A stretch of DNA of 44,317 bases. Origin: a phage. The stretch lies in the sequence record PX907402.1; one strand, 5' to 3'. The notes beneath the pieces are model-generated. The model saw only the letters and a program-made list of their open reading frames with translations, searched no databases and was not told the origin of the DNA. Each line of letters opens with the position of its first letter. Position 1 is the stretch's first letter. Below, one piece after another: positions 44,300 to 44,317 of this stretch. The position numbers and the translations under genes are program-made.

Positions 44300-44317
44300 A
44301 TTGTCCCGCCTGTCCCG
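44300..44317. repeat. Start of copy A iteron array (ttgtcccgcctgtcccg), continues at window start
   Basis: Identical to 16376-16393. Confidence 0.6.

Noticed and set aside
1-44317. Possibility that the window contains a duplicated genome segment because the start and end resemble the 16.3 kb region
   Set aside because: Only the ~200-bp element is shared; flanking genes differ (tape measure versus early genes), so these are two copies of a short element in a circularly permuted genome, not a segmental duplication.
1-44317. Lysogeny module (integrase, CI-like repressor, attP) and tRNA genes
   Set aside because: No ORF with recombinase hallmarks or divergent repressor/Cro pair was seen and no tRNA-like cloverleaf was recognised by eye; a dedicated tRNA and HMM scan would be needed to exclude them fully.

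Overview
The window reads as a complete, apparently virulent, siphovirus-type enterobacterial phage genome of about 44.3 kb, written as a circular permutation. No integrase, repressor/lysogeny module, tRNA or CRISPR array was recognised. The minus strand carries one long late unit that wraps across the window boundary: early small genes, lysis genes, an HTH-phosphoesterase, TerS, TerL, portal, head morphogenesis, spanins, scaffold, major capsid, connectors, major tail, G/GT chaperones, then (from the window end) tape measure, lambda M/L/K/I/J-like tail tip proteins and a tail fibre with a C-terminal S74-type chaperone domain. The plus strand (19.4-32.4 kb) carries the early/replication unit: acidic protein, RecB/Cas4-like nuclease, SSB-like protein, family A DNA polymerase, HNH endonuclease, VRR-NUC, SNF2-like helicase, C5-MTase-like and Dam-like methyltransferases, HAD phosphatase. 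A primase-helicase and an HTH protein sit on the minus strand at 16.6-19.2 kb. Three opposite-strand inserts stand out: a truncated beta-sliding-clamp (DnaN) homologue with its own promoter and terminator inside the head region, a lipoprotein moron between tail fibre and tail genes, and the divergent early genes. Two copies of a roughly 200-bp composite element (GC-rich hairpin plus GTCCCGC iterons plus AT-rich tract) lie at 16.3 kb and across the window junction, and a recurring ATTGGTTGCA motif is embedded in at least seven sigma70-like promoters. All assignments are from reading the sequence and recalled family hallmarks; no database search was run. Overall layout resembles HK578/Dhillonvirus-like coliphages, but that is unconfirmed.
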